NCBI GenBank assembly: GCA_965660855.1
Contig: CBFIBM010000011.1
Coordinates: 1 to 64,000, forward strand
Reading direction: 5' to 3'
From: an uncultured bacterium
GTDB lineage: Bacteria > Fidelibacterota > Marinisomatia > Marinisomatales > UBA1611
DNA: 64,000 nucleotides
The first letter of the stretch is position 1; every line of letters begins with the position of its first letter. The translations under genes and the position numbers were made by a program. The notes beneath the pieces are model-generated. The model worked only from the letters and a program-made list of their open reading frames with translations. It was not told the DNA's origin and did not search any database. This document shows, in pieces, positions 31,632 through 42,067 of the stretch.

Positions 31632-32507
31632 ATTAAAAAAATTAATTTTAGACAAATAACTCAATTAGATCCTAAATGGGTAAAATTAAAGATTAATGAG
31701 TTCATCAAAGAAGATGTGCCAAATGGGGATATTACAACTCATACTACAGTCATTGAAGACAAAGTAGTATCTGCAAAAATGATCGCTATGGAGTCTTTTA
31801 TATTTTGTGGTGAGGAATATTTACCATCTTGTTTTCCTAGAGCCTGTATTACTAAAGTAGTTGCTAAAGATGGGGTAAATGTAAAATCTGGGGATGTTTT
31901 GGCACATATCGATGGTCCTGCAAATCAAATACTGACTTTTGAGCGAGTTATTCTAAACTTAACGCAGCGATTGTGTGGTATCAGTACTGAAACCTATAAA
32001 TATTGTAAATTAGATTTACCTAAAGGTTTTAAAGTTATGGACACAAGGAAAACTACCCCTGGATTAAGGTTATTTGAAAAACATGCGGTCTCAGTTGGAG
32101 GAGGATGGAATCATCGTCTAGATTTATCATCGGCTATATTAATTAAGGATAATCATATTCAAGCGGCTGGATCTATTGAAAAGACTCTAAATAATATAAA
32201 AAATCAAAATAATAGAGATGTTCCAATTGAGCTTGAAGTTGATACAATAAACCAATTAAGAGAAGGTTTAAAGTATGATTTAGATGGTTTTCTCCTTGAC
32301 AATATGAAACCTGAAGAAGTTAAGAAATGTGTTGAATTAATTAGAAAAGAACCTAATGGTGAAATGTTCTTTATTGAAGCTAGTGGTGGAATAAATTTTG
32401 AAACATTAGAGTCCTATGCAGGAACAGGTATAGATGGAGTATCAATGAGCGCTATTACTGCAAATGCTCCTTCGGTAGATATAAAATTAGAATTTAATCA
32501 TGATTGA
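31632..32507 (+). CDS. nadC: quinolinate phosphoribosyltransferase (start extended upstream of ORF-track GTG 31716; probable ATT/ATA start)
   Basis: EFIKED..GDITT, ERVILN, DTRKTTPG, NHRLDLS, IKDNH, ELEVD, LLDN, EASGG. Confidence 0.9.
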   Translation: MKKINFRQITQLDPKWVKLKINEFIKEDVPNGDITTHTTVIEDKVVSAKMIAMESFIFCGEEYLPSCFPRACITKVVAKDGVNVKSGDVLAHIDGPANQILTFERVILNLTQRLCGISTETYKYCKLDLPKGFKVMDTRKTTPGLRLFEKHAVSVGGGWNHRLDLSSAILIKDNHIQAAGSIEKTLNNIKNQNNRDVPIELEVDTINQLREGLKYDLDGFLLDNMKPEEVKKCVELIRKEPNGEMFFIEASGGINFETLESYAGTGIDGVSMSAITANAPSVDIKLEFNHD

Positions 32508-33948
32508 AATTATCAATAACTATGTAAATGGAGAGTTAAAAACATCTCAGACAAATGAATATATTGATGTTTTTGAACCTGCAACAGGTAATGTCTATGC
32601 TAAAGTTCCAAACTCAAATGAAAGTGAAATTGATGAAGCTATTTTTTCAGCAAAGGAAGCATTTCCTAAATGGTCTAATTTTTCAATAAAGCAAAGATCT
32701 ATTTATTTATTGAAAATAGCTGAACGTATTCAGGAAAATATTCAAGAATTAGCAAATTATGAATCAAGAGATACAGGTAAGCCTATCAGTTTAGCTCTTA
32801 AAATGGATATTCCAAGATCAATTAAAAATTTGACTTTTTTTTGTCAATATGCACTTGAATATAAAAAAGACTTTCAACTTAAAAGTAAGTTCTCTAAAAA
32901 TGAAATAACAAGTTTTCCACTGGGTGTGGTTGCATGTATAACACCTTGGAATTTGCCATTATATTTATTAACGTGGAAAATTGCCCCAGCATTAATTATG
33001 GGAAATACTGTTGTTGCAAAGCCGTCAGAAATAACTCCATATACAGCATATAAATTCGCTGAAATCTGTAAAAAAATAGATCTCCCACCTGGAGTATTAA
33101 ATATTATAAATGGAAATGGAGTTAAAGTGGGAAATAGCTTATCTAAGCATCCTGAAATAAAAGCTATTTCATTTACAGGCGGAACAATAACAGGAAAGAA
33201 AATTATAAAAGAATCTTCAAAGAATTTTAAAAAATTAGCCCTTGAAATGGGAGGGAAAAATCCCTCAATTATTTTTGAGGATTGTAACTATAGCAATATG
33301 CTTGATACTGTTATTAAATCTTCATTTACCAATCAAGGTCAAATATGTTTATGTAGTTCTAAACTTTTAATCGAAAAAAGTATTTATGAGAAATTTAAAA
33401 TTGATTTCTGTAAAAAAGTGTCAGAATTACTTATTGGAGATCCAATTAATCCAAAAACCGAGTTTGGTGCAATAACTTCTAAAGATCAGTATGAAAAGAT
33501 ACTCGCCTATATAAAACTTTCTAAAGAACAAAATGGCTCCATTCTTATTGGCGGAAAAGTAAGGAAACTAAAACAGCGTTGTGATAGAGGATGGTTTATT
33601 GAACCTACAGTTATTGAGGGCTTAGATTTGGATAGTAAGTTACATAAGGAAGAATTTTTTGGACCTTTGGTTACTATTCAAACATTTTCATCAGTAGATG
33701 AAGCTGTGAATCTTGCAAACAACACAAAATATGGTCTTTCTGCTACTATCTGGACAAATGATTTAGAAAAAGCAAATAATGTAGCAAAACAAATTGAATC
33801 TGGTGTAATTTGGATTAATTGCTGGATGATAAGAGACCTAAGAACTCCATTTGGTGGTATAAAAGATTCTGGATATGGAAAAGAAGGAGGGTTTGAAGCG
33901 TTAAGGTTTTTTACTGAACAAAAAAATATATGTTCCTTAGTTCAATAA
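32500..33948 (+). CDS. 2-aminomuconate semialdehyde dehydrogenase (ALDH8A1-like)
   Basis: PWNLPLYLLTWKIAPA, LEMGGKN, NQGQICLC, RDLRTPFGG; operon context. Confidence 0.88.
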   Translation: MIEIINNYVNGELKTSQTNEYIDVFEPATGNVYAKVPNSNESEIDEAIFSAKEAFPKWSNFSIKQRSIYLLKIAERIQENIQELANYESRDTGKPISLALKMDIPRSIKNLTFFCQYALEYKKDFQLKSKFSKNEITSFPLGVVACITPWNLPLYLLTWKIAPALIMGNTVVAKPSEITPYTAYKFAEICKKIDLPPGVLNIINGNGVKVGNSLSKHPEIKAISFTGGTITGKKIIKESSKNFKKLALEMGGKNPSIIFEDCNYSNMLDTVIKSSFTNQGQICLCSSKLLIEKSIYEKFKIDFCKKVSELLIGDPINPKTEFGAITSKDQYEKILAYIKLSKEQNGSILIGGKVRKLKQRCDRGWFIEPTVIEGLDLDSKLHKEEFFGPLVTIQTFSSVDEAVNLANNTKYGLSATIWTNDLEKANNVAKQIESGVIWINCWMIRDLRTPFGGIKDSGYGKEGGFEALRFFTEQKNICSLVQ

Positions 33949-33974
33949 AATTTAAAATTTTAGGGTAAATAATT

Positions 33975-34391
33975 ATGAAATCTAAAATAAATTCATTAAA
34001 TGCTCCAGAGCCTGTTGGTAGCTACCCTCATGCAAGAAGGGTAGGTAATCTATTATTCCTTTCTGGTGTCGGACCAAGAAAACCTGGGACAAATGTGATT
34101 CCTGGAGTAATGGTTGACGGTCAAGGAAATGCATTAGGACATGATATTGAAATACAATGTCATTCGGTATTTGAAAATATAAAAACCATACTTGAGGAAT
34201 CAGGGAGTGATTGGGATCACTTAGTAGATGTAACCGTGTTTTTAACAAATATGAAGAGAGACTTTGAAATCTATAATGAGATATATGCACAATATTTTAA
34301 AGATAATCAGCCTTGTAGAACCACTGTTGAAGTTTCCTCGCTTCCAACACCAATTGCAATTGAGCTTAAATGTATCGCAATAATTGACTAA
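33975..34391 (+). CDS. RidA family protein, probable 2-aminomuconate deaminase
   Basis: YPHARRVGNLLFLSGVGP, PCRTTVEV, IELKCIA; context. Confidence 0.85.
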   Translation: MKSKINSLNAPEPVGSYPHARRVGNLLFLSGVGPRKPGTNVIPGVMVDGQGNALGHDIEIQCHSVFENIKTILEESGSDWDHLVDVTVFLTNMKRDFEIYNEIYAQYFKDNQPCRTTVEVSSLPTPIAIELKCIAIID

Positions 34392-34399
34392 GGGATTAA

Positions 34400-34909
34400 A
34401 TGAAATTAAATAGGCCTATTAATTTTAAAAGTTGGATTGAAAAAAATAGACATTTATTAAAACCTCCAGTAGGAAATAAAGTTGTATATGAAAACAGTGA
34501 TTTTATCATCATGGTTGTAGGTGGACCGAATTCAAGAAAAGATTATCATGTTGATCCAATAGAAGAATTTTTCTATCAGATTGAGGGTAATATGATTCTT
34601 AAAATAATTGAAAATGGTAGAAAAGTTGATATTAATATAAAAGAAGGTGAAATATTTCTTTTACCTAAAAATATTCCACATTCTCCGCAAAGATTTGAGA
34701 ACACAGTAGGCTTGGTAGTCGAATATAAAAGAGAGAATGGAATTTTGGACTATTTTCAATGGTATTGCGATTCTTGCGACAAATTATTACATGAAATACA
34801 GGTTGAGTTAAAAGATATTATTACCCAATTACCTAAAATTTTCAAAGAGTATTGGGATGACATTCCTGCGAGAACTTGTGACTCTTGTGGAGAAATACAA
34901 ACCCCATAG
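34400..34909 (+). CDS. nbaC: 3-hydroxyanthranilate 3,4-dioxygenase
   Basis: LKPPVGN, GGPNSRKDYH..EEFFYQ, PHSPQR, two CxxC. Confidence 0.95.
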   Translation: MKLNRPINFKSWIEKNRHLLKPPVGNKVVYENSDFIIMVVGGPNSRKDYHVDPIEEFFYQIEGNMILKIIENGRKVDINIKEGEIFLLPKNIPHSPQRFENTVGLVVEYKRENGILDYFQWYCDSCDKLLHEIQVELKDIITQLPKIFKEYWDDIPARTCDSCGEIQTP

Positions 34910-34916
34910 TATTTGT

Positions 34917-35924
34917 ATGAAAATTGACATTCACACTCACATACTTCCAGAAAACTGGCCAAATTTAAAAGAAGAATTTGGCTATGAAGGTTGGGTATCA
35001 ATTGATCACCATCATCCAGGTTCTGCAAAAATGAAAAAAGGAGATGAGGTATTTAGGGTTGTTGATTCAAATTGTTGGGATCCAAAAATCAGATTAAAAG
35101 AATGTGATCGAGATGATATTAATGTTCAGGTTTTATCCACTGTACCAATTATGTTTAGTTATTGGGCTAAAGCAAATGATGCATTAGTTTTGTCAAAAAT
35201 TTTGAATGATAACATAGCAAAGGCTGTGAATCAAAACCCGAAAAGGTTTGTAGGTTTAGGAACATTGCCAATGCAAAACCCAGAAATAGCGATTTGGGAA
35301 TTAGAAAGATGTATCAAACAATTAGGCTTACGTGGAATTCAAATTGGATCAAACATTAATGGGAAAAACCTAAGCGATCCATCATTTTTCCCAGTTTTTG
35401 AGGCGGCATCTGATTTGGGTGCATCAATTTTTATTCACCCTTGGGATATATTAGGTAGAGATCAAATAGATGAATATTGGCTTCCTTGGCTTGTCGGAAT
35501 GCCTGCAGAGACTTCAAGAGCGATATGCTCATTAATTTTTGGAGGTGTTTTTGAACGATTACCAAAACTTCGAATTGCATTTGCCCATGGAGGAGGTTCA
35601 TTCCCTGCTACCTTTGGTAGAATTCAACATGGTTTTAATGTAAGACCTGATCTATGTGCCATAGATAATAATATTGATCCCAAAGAATACTTGGGAAAAT
35701 TTTGGGTTGATTCATTAGTTCACGATATAGATTCGCTTGAATTTTTAATTAAGAGATTAGGTAATAAAAGCATAGCACTGGGTTCAGATTATCCTTTTCC
35801 TCTTGGAGAAAATAAACCAGGTGATCTCATAGAAAAATCTCATTTGAGTAATGCAGTCAAAAAGAATATTTACTATAAGAATGCTTTAGATTGGCTAAAT
35901 ATAAAAAAAGATTTTTTTAAATAA
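34917..35924 (+). CDS. ACMS decarboxylase (start moved to ATG 34917)
   Basis: MKIDIHTHILP, FIHPWD, PWLVGMPAET, AHGGGSFP, LGSDYPFPLGE. Confidence 0.95.
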   Translation: MKIDIHTHILPENWPNLKEEFGYEGWVSIDHHHPGSAKMKKGDEVFRVVDSNCWDPKIRLKECDRDDINVQVLSTVPIMFSYWAKANDALVLSKILNDNIAKAVNQNPKRFVGLGTLPMQNPEIAIWELERCIKQLGLRGIQIGSNINGKNLSDPSFFPVFEAASDLGASIFIHPWDILGRDQIDEYWLPWLVGMPAETSRAICSLIFGGVFERLPKLRIAFAHGGGSFPATFGRIQHGFNVRPDLCAIDNNIDPKEYLGKFWVDSLVHDIDSLEFLIKRLGNKSIALGSDYPFPLGENKPGDLIEKSHLSNAVKKNIYYKNALDWLNIKKDFFK

Positions 35925-37159
35925 TGTTTGATATATCTAGATCTTTTGCTGATGATGAAGACGATAATGATTCTTTAAATTATTTAAAAGAGAAATTTCA
36001 CCATCCCTATGATAAAAATAGGAAACCTGTAATATATTTTTGTGGAAATTCATTAGGGCTTCAACCTAGATCAGTAACTGATAATTTAGATAATGAATTA
36101 AAAGTGTGGCAAGAAAGAGGTGTCCTTGGTCAAGAAAGTCATTGGATCAATTATCATGAAAAATTGACAATTCCATCTGCAAATATTGTAGGAGCAAAGC
36201 CCTCAGAAGTTGTTGTAATGAATGCTTTAACAATTAATATTCATCTATTATTTGTTTCTTTTTACCAGCCCACAAATAAAAAATATAAAGTAATTATTGA
36301 AAAAGGAGCTTTTCCTTCAGATCAATATGCAGTTGATAGCCAATTACATTTTCATGGTCTTAATAAAAAAGATGCGCTTATAGAAGTCGAACCCCAAAAA
36401 GGTAAAAATATTATCGAAGAAGAAGACATTCTCGCAGCAATAAAAAATAATAGTTCTGAAGTTGCACTCATATATTTAGGGGGAATCAATTACCTAACAG
36501 GGCAATTATTTGATATGAAATCAATTACAACAGCAGCTAAAAAATATGGAATAGTTGTTGGATTTAACCTTGCACATTGTGCTGGGAATGTAGAATTATT
36601 TCTACATAAATGGGGAGTTGATTTTGCTTCTTGGTGTACATATAAATATTTATGTGCTGGCCCAGGTGCTCCTTCAGGTGTTTTCATACATGAAAACCAT
36701 CATAGTTGGGTAGGACCTAGGTTTAACGGGTGGTGGGGTCATAATAAAGAGAGTCGTTTTAAAATGCCTTCAAAATTTGATCCAATTCTATCTGCAGAGG
36801 GATGGCAAATTAGTAACGCTCCAATATTGGGAATGGCCCCTCTAATTTCTTCATTAGAATTATATGAACTGGCTACTATGGAGAGAGTGAGAAAAAAAGG
36901 AGTTAAGCTTACAGGGTATTTAGAGTTTCTTATTAAAACTTATTTACCAAAAATATCGATAATAACGCCAATAGAAAGAGGTTCTCAGATTTCTATTAAA
37001 ATACAAAATGGAAGAAAAGCTTTTCAGAAAATAATGGAAAAAGGCCTTATATGTGACTGGAGAGAACCTGATATTATTCGAATTTCGCCTCATCCAATGT
37101 TTAATAGTTTTTTAGATGTTTATAAAGCGGTAATTATTTTAAAAGATGTCCTCAAATGA
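35924..37159 (+). CDS. kynU: kynureninase
   Basis: YFCGNSLGLQP, FPSDQY, WCTYKYL..GPG, GWWGH, CDWREPD. Confidence 0.95.
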   Translation: MFDISRSFADDEDDNDSLNYLKEKFHHPYDKNRKPVIYFCGNSLGLQPRSVTDNLDNELKVWQERGVLGQESHWINYHEKLTIPSANIVGAKPSEVVVMNALTINIHLLFVSFYQPTNKKYKVIIEKGAFPSDQYAVDSQLHFHGLNKKDALIEVEPQKGKNIIEEEDILAAIKNNSSEVALIYLGGINYLTGQLFDMKSITTAAKKYGIVVGFNLAHCAGNVELFLHKWGVDFASWCTYKYLCAGPGAPSGVFIHENHHSWVGPRFNGWWGHNKESRFKMPSKFDPILSAEGWQISNAPILGMAPLISSLELYELATMERVRKKGVKLTGYLEFLIKTYLPKISIITPIERGSQISIKIQNGRKAFQKIMEKGLICDWREPDIIRISPHPMFNSFLDVYKAVIILKDVLK

Positions 37160-38490
37160 AAAATTCTGATGTGACAATAATAGGCGCCGGTTTATCTGGT
37201 CCTTTAATGGCTAGTTATCTTTCAAAACAAGGTTATATGGTTGATTTATTTGAAAGGCGTACTGACATGAGAAAGAACTTAGATAAATCTGGTCGATCAA
37301 TTAACCTTGCTTTATCTCAGAGAGGTATAAGAGCATTAAAAGATATTGGCTTATTTAATTTGATAAAAGAAAAGTTAATAGCTTTGAAAGGAAGAATGAT
37401 TCATGATATAAATGGAAAATTATCACTTCAGCCATATGGAACAAGTAAAAGAGAAGTGATTTATTCTATTTCACGTTCATTTCTAAATATCTCTCTACTA
37501 AATCATGTTGATTTAGATTCAAATATATCTATTTCATTTGATCATCAATTAAGTAAAGTAGATTTTAGAACAAAACAAATTAGGTTTGGGAGTAAAAGAG
37601 TTGATTTTAGAAAATTGATAGGTGCTGACGGTTTTAATTCTCAATTAAGAAAATGTATTATGGAAGAGACTGAGCTTGGTTTTGTTAATAAGCAACTAGG
37701 GCATGGCTACAAAGAACTTACAATTCCTAAAACAACTTCTGGAGATTATTTAATGGACCCGAGCGTTTTACATATTTGGCCTAGAGGTAATTTCATGCTT
37801 ATTGCACTTCCCAATACAAATAAAACGTTTACTTGCACTCTTTTTGCTCCCTTGGTAGGGGAAAATAGTTTTAAAAAAATTCATACTAGGGAAGATATTA
37901 TTACTTTTTTCAGAAATAAATTTCCAGATATAATTGATTTAATTCCGAATCTTGTTGATGATTATACACTTAACCCTGTAGGTAAGCTATCTTCAATCTA
38001 TTGTAATAAATGGAACTATAAAGATATAGCGATTATTATGGGAGATGCTGCTCATGCAATTGTACCTTTTTTTGGACAGGGAATGAATGCTTCTTTTCAA
38101 GATTGTACAGTATTAAATGATTTAATAAATCTTCATAACAAAAATTTAGGAAACGTTTTTAAAGATTTTGGTAGAAATCATGTTGTCAATGGACATGCGA
38201 TAGCGAATATGGCATTAGAGAATTATATTGAAATGAGGGATTTAGTAAATGATGAAAACTATAAAAGATATCGAGAAATGGAACTGAATTTAGAAAAAAA
38301 ATTTCCGGATAGATTTATACCTAGGTATTCAATGGTCTCTTTTAATGAAATTTCATATTCTGAGGTTTATAAAAGAGGGGAAATTCAATCTAAGATTATC
38401 AAAGATTTTATTTCAGGGAAAATTTCAAAAATTGAAAGAGATGAAATGATATTAGATCAATTAAAACCTCAGATTTTTAAGGGGACATAA
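37156..38490 (+). CDS. kmo: kynurenine 3-monooxygenase
   Basis: GAGLSG, GRSINLALS.RG, LHIWPRG, GDAAHAIVPFFGQGMN, NYIEMRD. Confidence 0.95.
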   Translation: MKNSDVTIIGAGLSGPLMASYLSKQGYMVDLFERRTDMRKNLDKSGRSINLALSQRGIRALKDIGLFNLIKEKLIALKGRMIHDINGKLSLQPYGTSKREVIYSISRSFLNISLLNHVDLDSNISISFDHQLSKVDFRTKQIRFGSKRVDFRKLIGADGFNSQLRKCIMEETELGFVNKQLGHGYKELTIPKTTSGDYLMDPSVLHIWPRGNFMLIALPNTNKTFTCTLFAPLVGENSFKKIHTREDIITFFRNKFPDIIDLIPNLVDDYTLNPVGKLSSIYCNKWNYKDIAIIMGDAAHAIVPFFGQGMNASFQDCTVLNDLINLHNKNLGNVFKDFGRNHVVNGHAIANMALENYIEMRDLVNDENYKRYREMELNLEKKFPDRFIPRYSMVSFNEISYSEVYKRGEIQSKIIKDFISGKISKIERDEMILDQLKPQIFKGT

Positions 38491-38891
38491 TGATTTCAAA
38501 AGTGATATATAGAGGGGACTTAAGAACTGAAGCTGTGCACATTAGATCAGAGGAATGGCTTATTACAGATGCACCAAAAGATAATCAAGGAAAAGGTGAG
38601 GCTTTTTCGCCAACAGATCTTATCGCAACTGCATTGGCTTCTTGTATCTTGACAATTATGGGAATTGTTGCAAAAAGAACAAAGCAGAATTTAGAGGGAA
38701 CTTATATTGAGGTTGAGAAAAAAATGAATTCAAACCCAAGGATTATTGGTGAAATAAGTTTAAATATTTATTTTGTAACTAGAATAAAGAAGGAAGATAA
38801 AATTAGATATGAAAGAGCTGCAAAAACTTGCCCAGTATCCTTGAGTTTAAATCCAAAGGTAAATAAAATTATTAAATTCATTTATCTTTAA
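38490..38891 (+). CDS. OsmC family protein
   Basis: TDAPKDNQGKGEAFSPTDL..ALASC, CPV. Confidence 0.9.
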   Translation: MISKVIYRGDLRTEAVHIRSEEWLITDAPKDNQGKGEAFSPTDLIATALASCILTIMGIVAKRTKQNLEGTYIEVEKKMNSNPRIIGEISLNIYFVTRIKKEDKIRYERAAKTCPVSLSLNPKVNKIIKFIYL

Positions 38892-38931
38892 AGTATTTAT
38901 ATTGATATTTTTCTAAGTTCTAGGATCACAT

Positions 38932-39597
38932 ATGAATAAAAATTTTAAATTAGCACCTTCAATTTTATCTGCAGATTTTTCAGATTTAAAAAATGCACTT
39001 AAAATATGTAAAGATGGAGGAGCTCATTGGATACATATAGACGTAATGGATAATCAATTTGTACCTAATTTGACAATTGGGCCAATTGTTGTGAAATCAT
39101 TGCGTAAAAAAACAAAAAAATTTTTAGATGTGCATATGATGGTTATCCAACCTGAAAAACTTGTTGAGCCATTTGCTCGATCTGGAGCAGATAATATTAC
39201 TTTTCACCTTGAAGCGACAGACAACCCTGATGCCATAATTGATCTAATAAGTTCTTGTGGTTGTAAAGTTGGAATATCTATAAAACCAAGTACATCGATC
39301 GATACACTGTATCCCTACCTTGATAAAATAGATGTTGTGCTTTTGATGACTGTTGAGCCAGGTTTTGGTGGACAAGGATACATCGAAGGTTCAAATGAGA
39401 GAATATTAAAACTTCGTAATTATTTAGATGATAATTGTTTGACAAATGTTGTTATTGAAGTTGATGGGGGTATAAAAGTCCACAACGCTAAAGATGTGAT
39501 TAATGCAGGAGCGAATGTTTTAGTAGCTGGTTCAGAGGTTTTTAAATCAAAAAATCCTGTTCAAACTATTAAAGAGTTTTATAAAATTTTAGATTAA
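38932..39597 (+). CDS. rpe: ribulose-phosphate 3-epimerase
   Basis: APSILSADF, HIDVMD..FVPN, PGFGGQ, VDGG, VAGS. Confidence 0.97.
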   Translation: MNKNFKLAPSILSADFSDLKNALKICKDGGAHWIHIDVMDNQFVPNLTIGPIVVKSLRKKTKKFLDVHMMVIQPEKLVEPFARSGADNITFHLEATDNPDAIIDLISSCGCKVGISIKPSTSIDTLYPYLDKIDVVLLMTVEPGFGGQGYIEGSNERILKLRNYLDDNCLTNVVIEVDGGIKVHNAKDVINAGANVLVAGSEVFKSKNPVQTIKEFYKILD

Positions 39598-39607
39598 TAA
39601 AAAAAAC

Positions 39608-41626
39608 ATGAAAACTTATAGAGACTTAGAAAATTTTAATAGTTGGTCTGATGATGAAAAGAGGCATTTTTCAATATCAGTTGTCAAAGGATTAGTTCTT
39701 GATGCTATAAAAAAAGCAAATAGTGGTCATCCAGGTGGCCCGATGTCTTGTTCTGATTTTACATTTATACTTTATCGTGATTTCCTTAGTTTTAATCCTG
39801 AAGATGATCAATGGTTTAATAGAGATCGGTTCATTTTATCAGGTGGGCATATGTCAATGATACAATATTCTATGCTATATTTAATTGGATGGTTAAGTAT
39901 AGAAGATCTGATGAGCTTTCGCCAATTTAATAGTAAAACTCCAGGACATCCTGAAGTTGAAATACCTGGTGTTGAATGTACAACGGGTCCGCTTGGACAA
40001 GGATTTGGAATGGGCGTAGGAATGGCTCATGCAGAAGCATACCTCAATAAATTAGTTAATAAAGAAACTACCGCTTCAACTGATATAATAAATCACTATA
40101 CATATGTTTTGGCTAGTGATGGTGATCTCCAAGAACCTATTGCTCTTGGTGCTGCTTCTTTGGCTGGTCATTTGAAGTTAAATAAACTAATTGTTTTTTA
40201 TGATGCAAATGAAGCACAAATCTCTGGACATACAAATAGATCTGATTCTTCAAACTATTACAAAATTTTTGAAGGGTTTAATTGGCATGTACAAGAGATC
40301 GATGGACACGACCATCATGCAATAAAAAAAGCTATTGAGGAATCACAATCTTCTGATAAACCTAGTCTTATTATTGGGAAGACTGTCATGGCTAAGGGTG
40401 CAGCTAATGTTGAGGGTGATCACAACACACATGGAGCACCACTTTCTAAGGATGAAATAGATCAAACAAAAAATAAATTAGGTTTACCTTCTCAGAATTT
40501 TTATTGCCCGGATGAAGTAAAAGATTTTTTTCAAAACCGATTTAATAGTTTAAGAAACAAAAGTAATGAATGGTATAGTGCAGTTGACAGTATTACTAAA
40601 GGAAAATCTATTTTTAACCTTTTGCTAAAAAATGAAATTCCAGAATTAGAATATCCTAAGTTTGAAAGTGGTAGTTCTATTGCAACTCGTAAAGCTTTTG
40701 GCGCAACTTTAGATAAGTTCGCAGAGTTTTTACCTAATTTAATAGGTGGATCTGCAGACTTGGAGCCTTCAAATTATACGGGGAATTTTGCAAAACAATA
40801 TCATGATTTCACTGCTAAAGACCATTCTGGAAGAAATATTCCTTTTGGAGTAAGAGAATTTCCAATGGCCGCAATGATGAATGGGATGTCACTTCATGGA
40901 GGCCTCATACCTTTCGGGGGTACTTTTTTGGTTTTTTCCGACTATGAAAGACCTGCTTTGAGACTTGCCGCAATCCAAAAATTAAGAGTTCTCCACGAAT
41001 TTACACATGATTCATTTTATGTTGGAGAAGACGGACCAACCCACCAGCCTATCGAGCATGCTATGAGCTTGAGAGCAATACCAGAATTCAATGTATTCAG
41101 ACCTGCAGATGCAAAAGAAACAGCTGTCTGTTTTAAAATTGCTATTGAAAATAAATCAATTCCCAGTGCACTATTATTAACAAGACAAGGTGTTCCTGTG
41201 CTTAATGAAAAAATAGACGAAGTAGAAAAGTTAGTTAATAAAGGGGGATATATAATTCGAGAATGTGAGGGAGATCCACAAATAATTATCATTGCAACTG
41301 GATCTGAAGTTTCTTTAGCAATTCAAACCGCAAAACTTTTTATTGACAGAGCAGTAAGAGTTGTAAGTATGCCATGTATTGAAATTTTTAATACTCAGCC
41401 AGAAGAGTATAGAAATAAAATATTACCAAACAGGCGGTGTTTAAAAGTATCATTAGAGGCTGGGATAACCCAAGGATGGCAAGCTTATACTGGTACCACG
41501 GGTTTAAACATTGGCATAGACCATTATGGTAGTTCTGCTCCTGGAAGTATACTAGCTAAGGAATTTGGTTTTACTCCAGATAAAATCTACAAAAAGATTA
41601 ATAATCATTTAAAAAAATTATTATGA
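39608..41626 (+). CDS. tkt: transketolase
   Basis: SGHPG, TTGPLGQG, GSADL, GVREF, GEDGPTHQP. Confidence 0.97.
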   Translation: MKTYRDLENFNSWSDDEKRHFSISVVKGLVLDAIKKANSGHPGGPMSCSDFTFILYRDFLSFNPEDDQWFNRDRFILSGGHMSMIQYSMLYLIGWLSIEDLMSFRQFNSKTPGHPEVEIPGVECTTGPLGQGFGMGVGMAHAEAYLNKLVNKETTASTDIINHYTYVLASDGDLQEPIALGAASLAGHLKLNKLIVFYDANEAQISGHTNRSDSSNYYKIFEGFNWHVQEIDGHDHHAIKKAIEESQSSDKPSLIIGKTVMAKGAANVEGDHNTHGAPLSKDEIDQTKNKLGLPSQNFYCPDEVKDFFQNRFNSLRNKSNEWYSAVDSITKGKSIFNLLLKNEIPELEYPKFESGSSIATRKAFGATLDKFAEFLPNLIGGSADLEPSNYTGNFAKQYHDFTAKDHSGRNIPFGVREFPMAAMMNGMSLHGGLIPFGGTFLVFSDYERPALRLAAIQKLRVLHEFTHDSFYVGEDGPTHQPIEHAMSLRAIPEFNVFRPADAKETAVCFKIAIENKSIPSALLLTRQGVPVLNEKIDEVEKLVNKGGYIIRECEGDPQIIIIATGSEVSLAIQTAKLFIDRAVRVVSMPCIEIFNTQPEEYRNKILPNRRCLKVSLEAGITQGWQAYTGTTGLNIGIDHYGSSAPGSILAKEFGFTPDKIYKKINNHLKKLL

Positions 41627-42060
41627 AAGTCCATTTAGCGACTGACCATGCTGGTTTAGAATTAAAAAATATAATTAAAGATTATCTCTTAAATAAAGGC
41701 CATGATGTGAAAGATCATGGTGCTTATGAATATGATGCCTTAGATGATTATCCTGATTTTATTTTCCCATGCGCAAAAGCGGTATCTGAGGATCAAGAAA
41801 GCAAAGGAATCATTTTAGGTGGATCAGGTCAAGGAGAAGCGATGGCAGCTAATAGGATTCAAGGATGTAGAGCAGCCGTTTACTATAGCGGGCCAATAGA
41901 AATTGTGAAATTATCCAGGGAACATAATAATGCAAATATTCTTTCCTTAGGAGCCCGTTTCATGACACAAGATGAAATATTTGGAATTATTGAAATCTGG
42001 TTTTCAGAGCCATTTGCTGCTGGTAGACATACGAAAAGAGTAGAAAAATTAGATCAATAA
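41623..42060 (+). CDS. rpiB: ribose-5-phosphate isomerase B
   Basis: TDHAG, DYPD, GGSGQGE..AANR, REHNNAN, GRH..R. Confidence 0.95.
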   Translation: MKVHLATDHAGLELKNIIKDYLLNKGHDVKDHGAYEYDALDDYPDFIFPCAKAVSEDQESKGIILGGSGQGEAMAANRIQGCRAAVYYSGPIEIVKLSREHNNANILSLGARFMTQDEIFGIIEIWFSEPFAAGRHTKRVEKLDQ

Positions 42061-42067
42061 TATTTCT

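Noticed and set aside
34857..34916. ORF-track N-terminal extensions of ACMSD (also clpP 59262, USP 47511, ResB-like 43254, ccsA 44404)
   Set aside because: They overlap upstream genes; downstream ATGs match family N-termini or coupling patterns better
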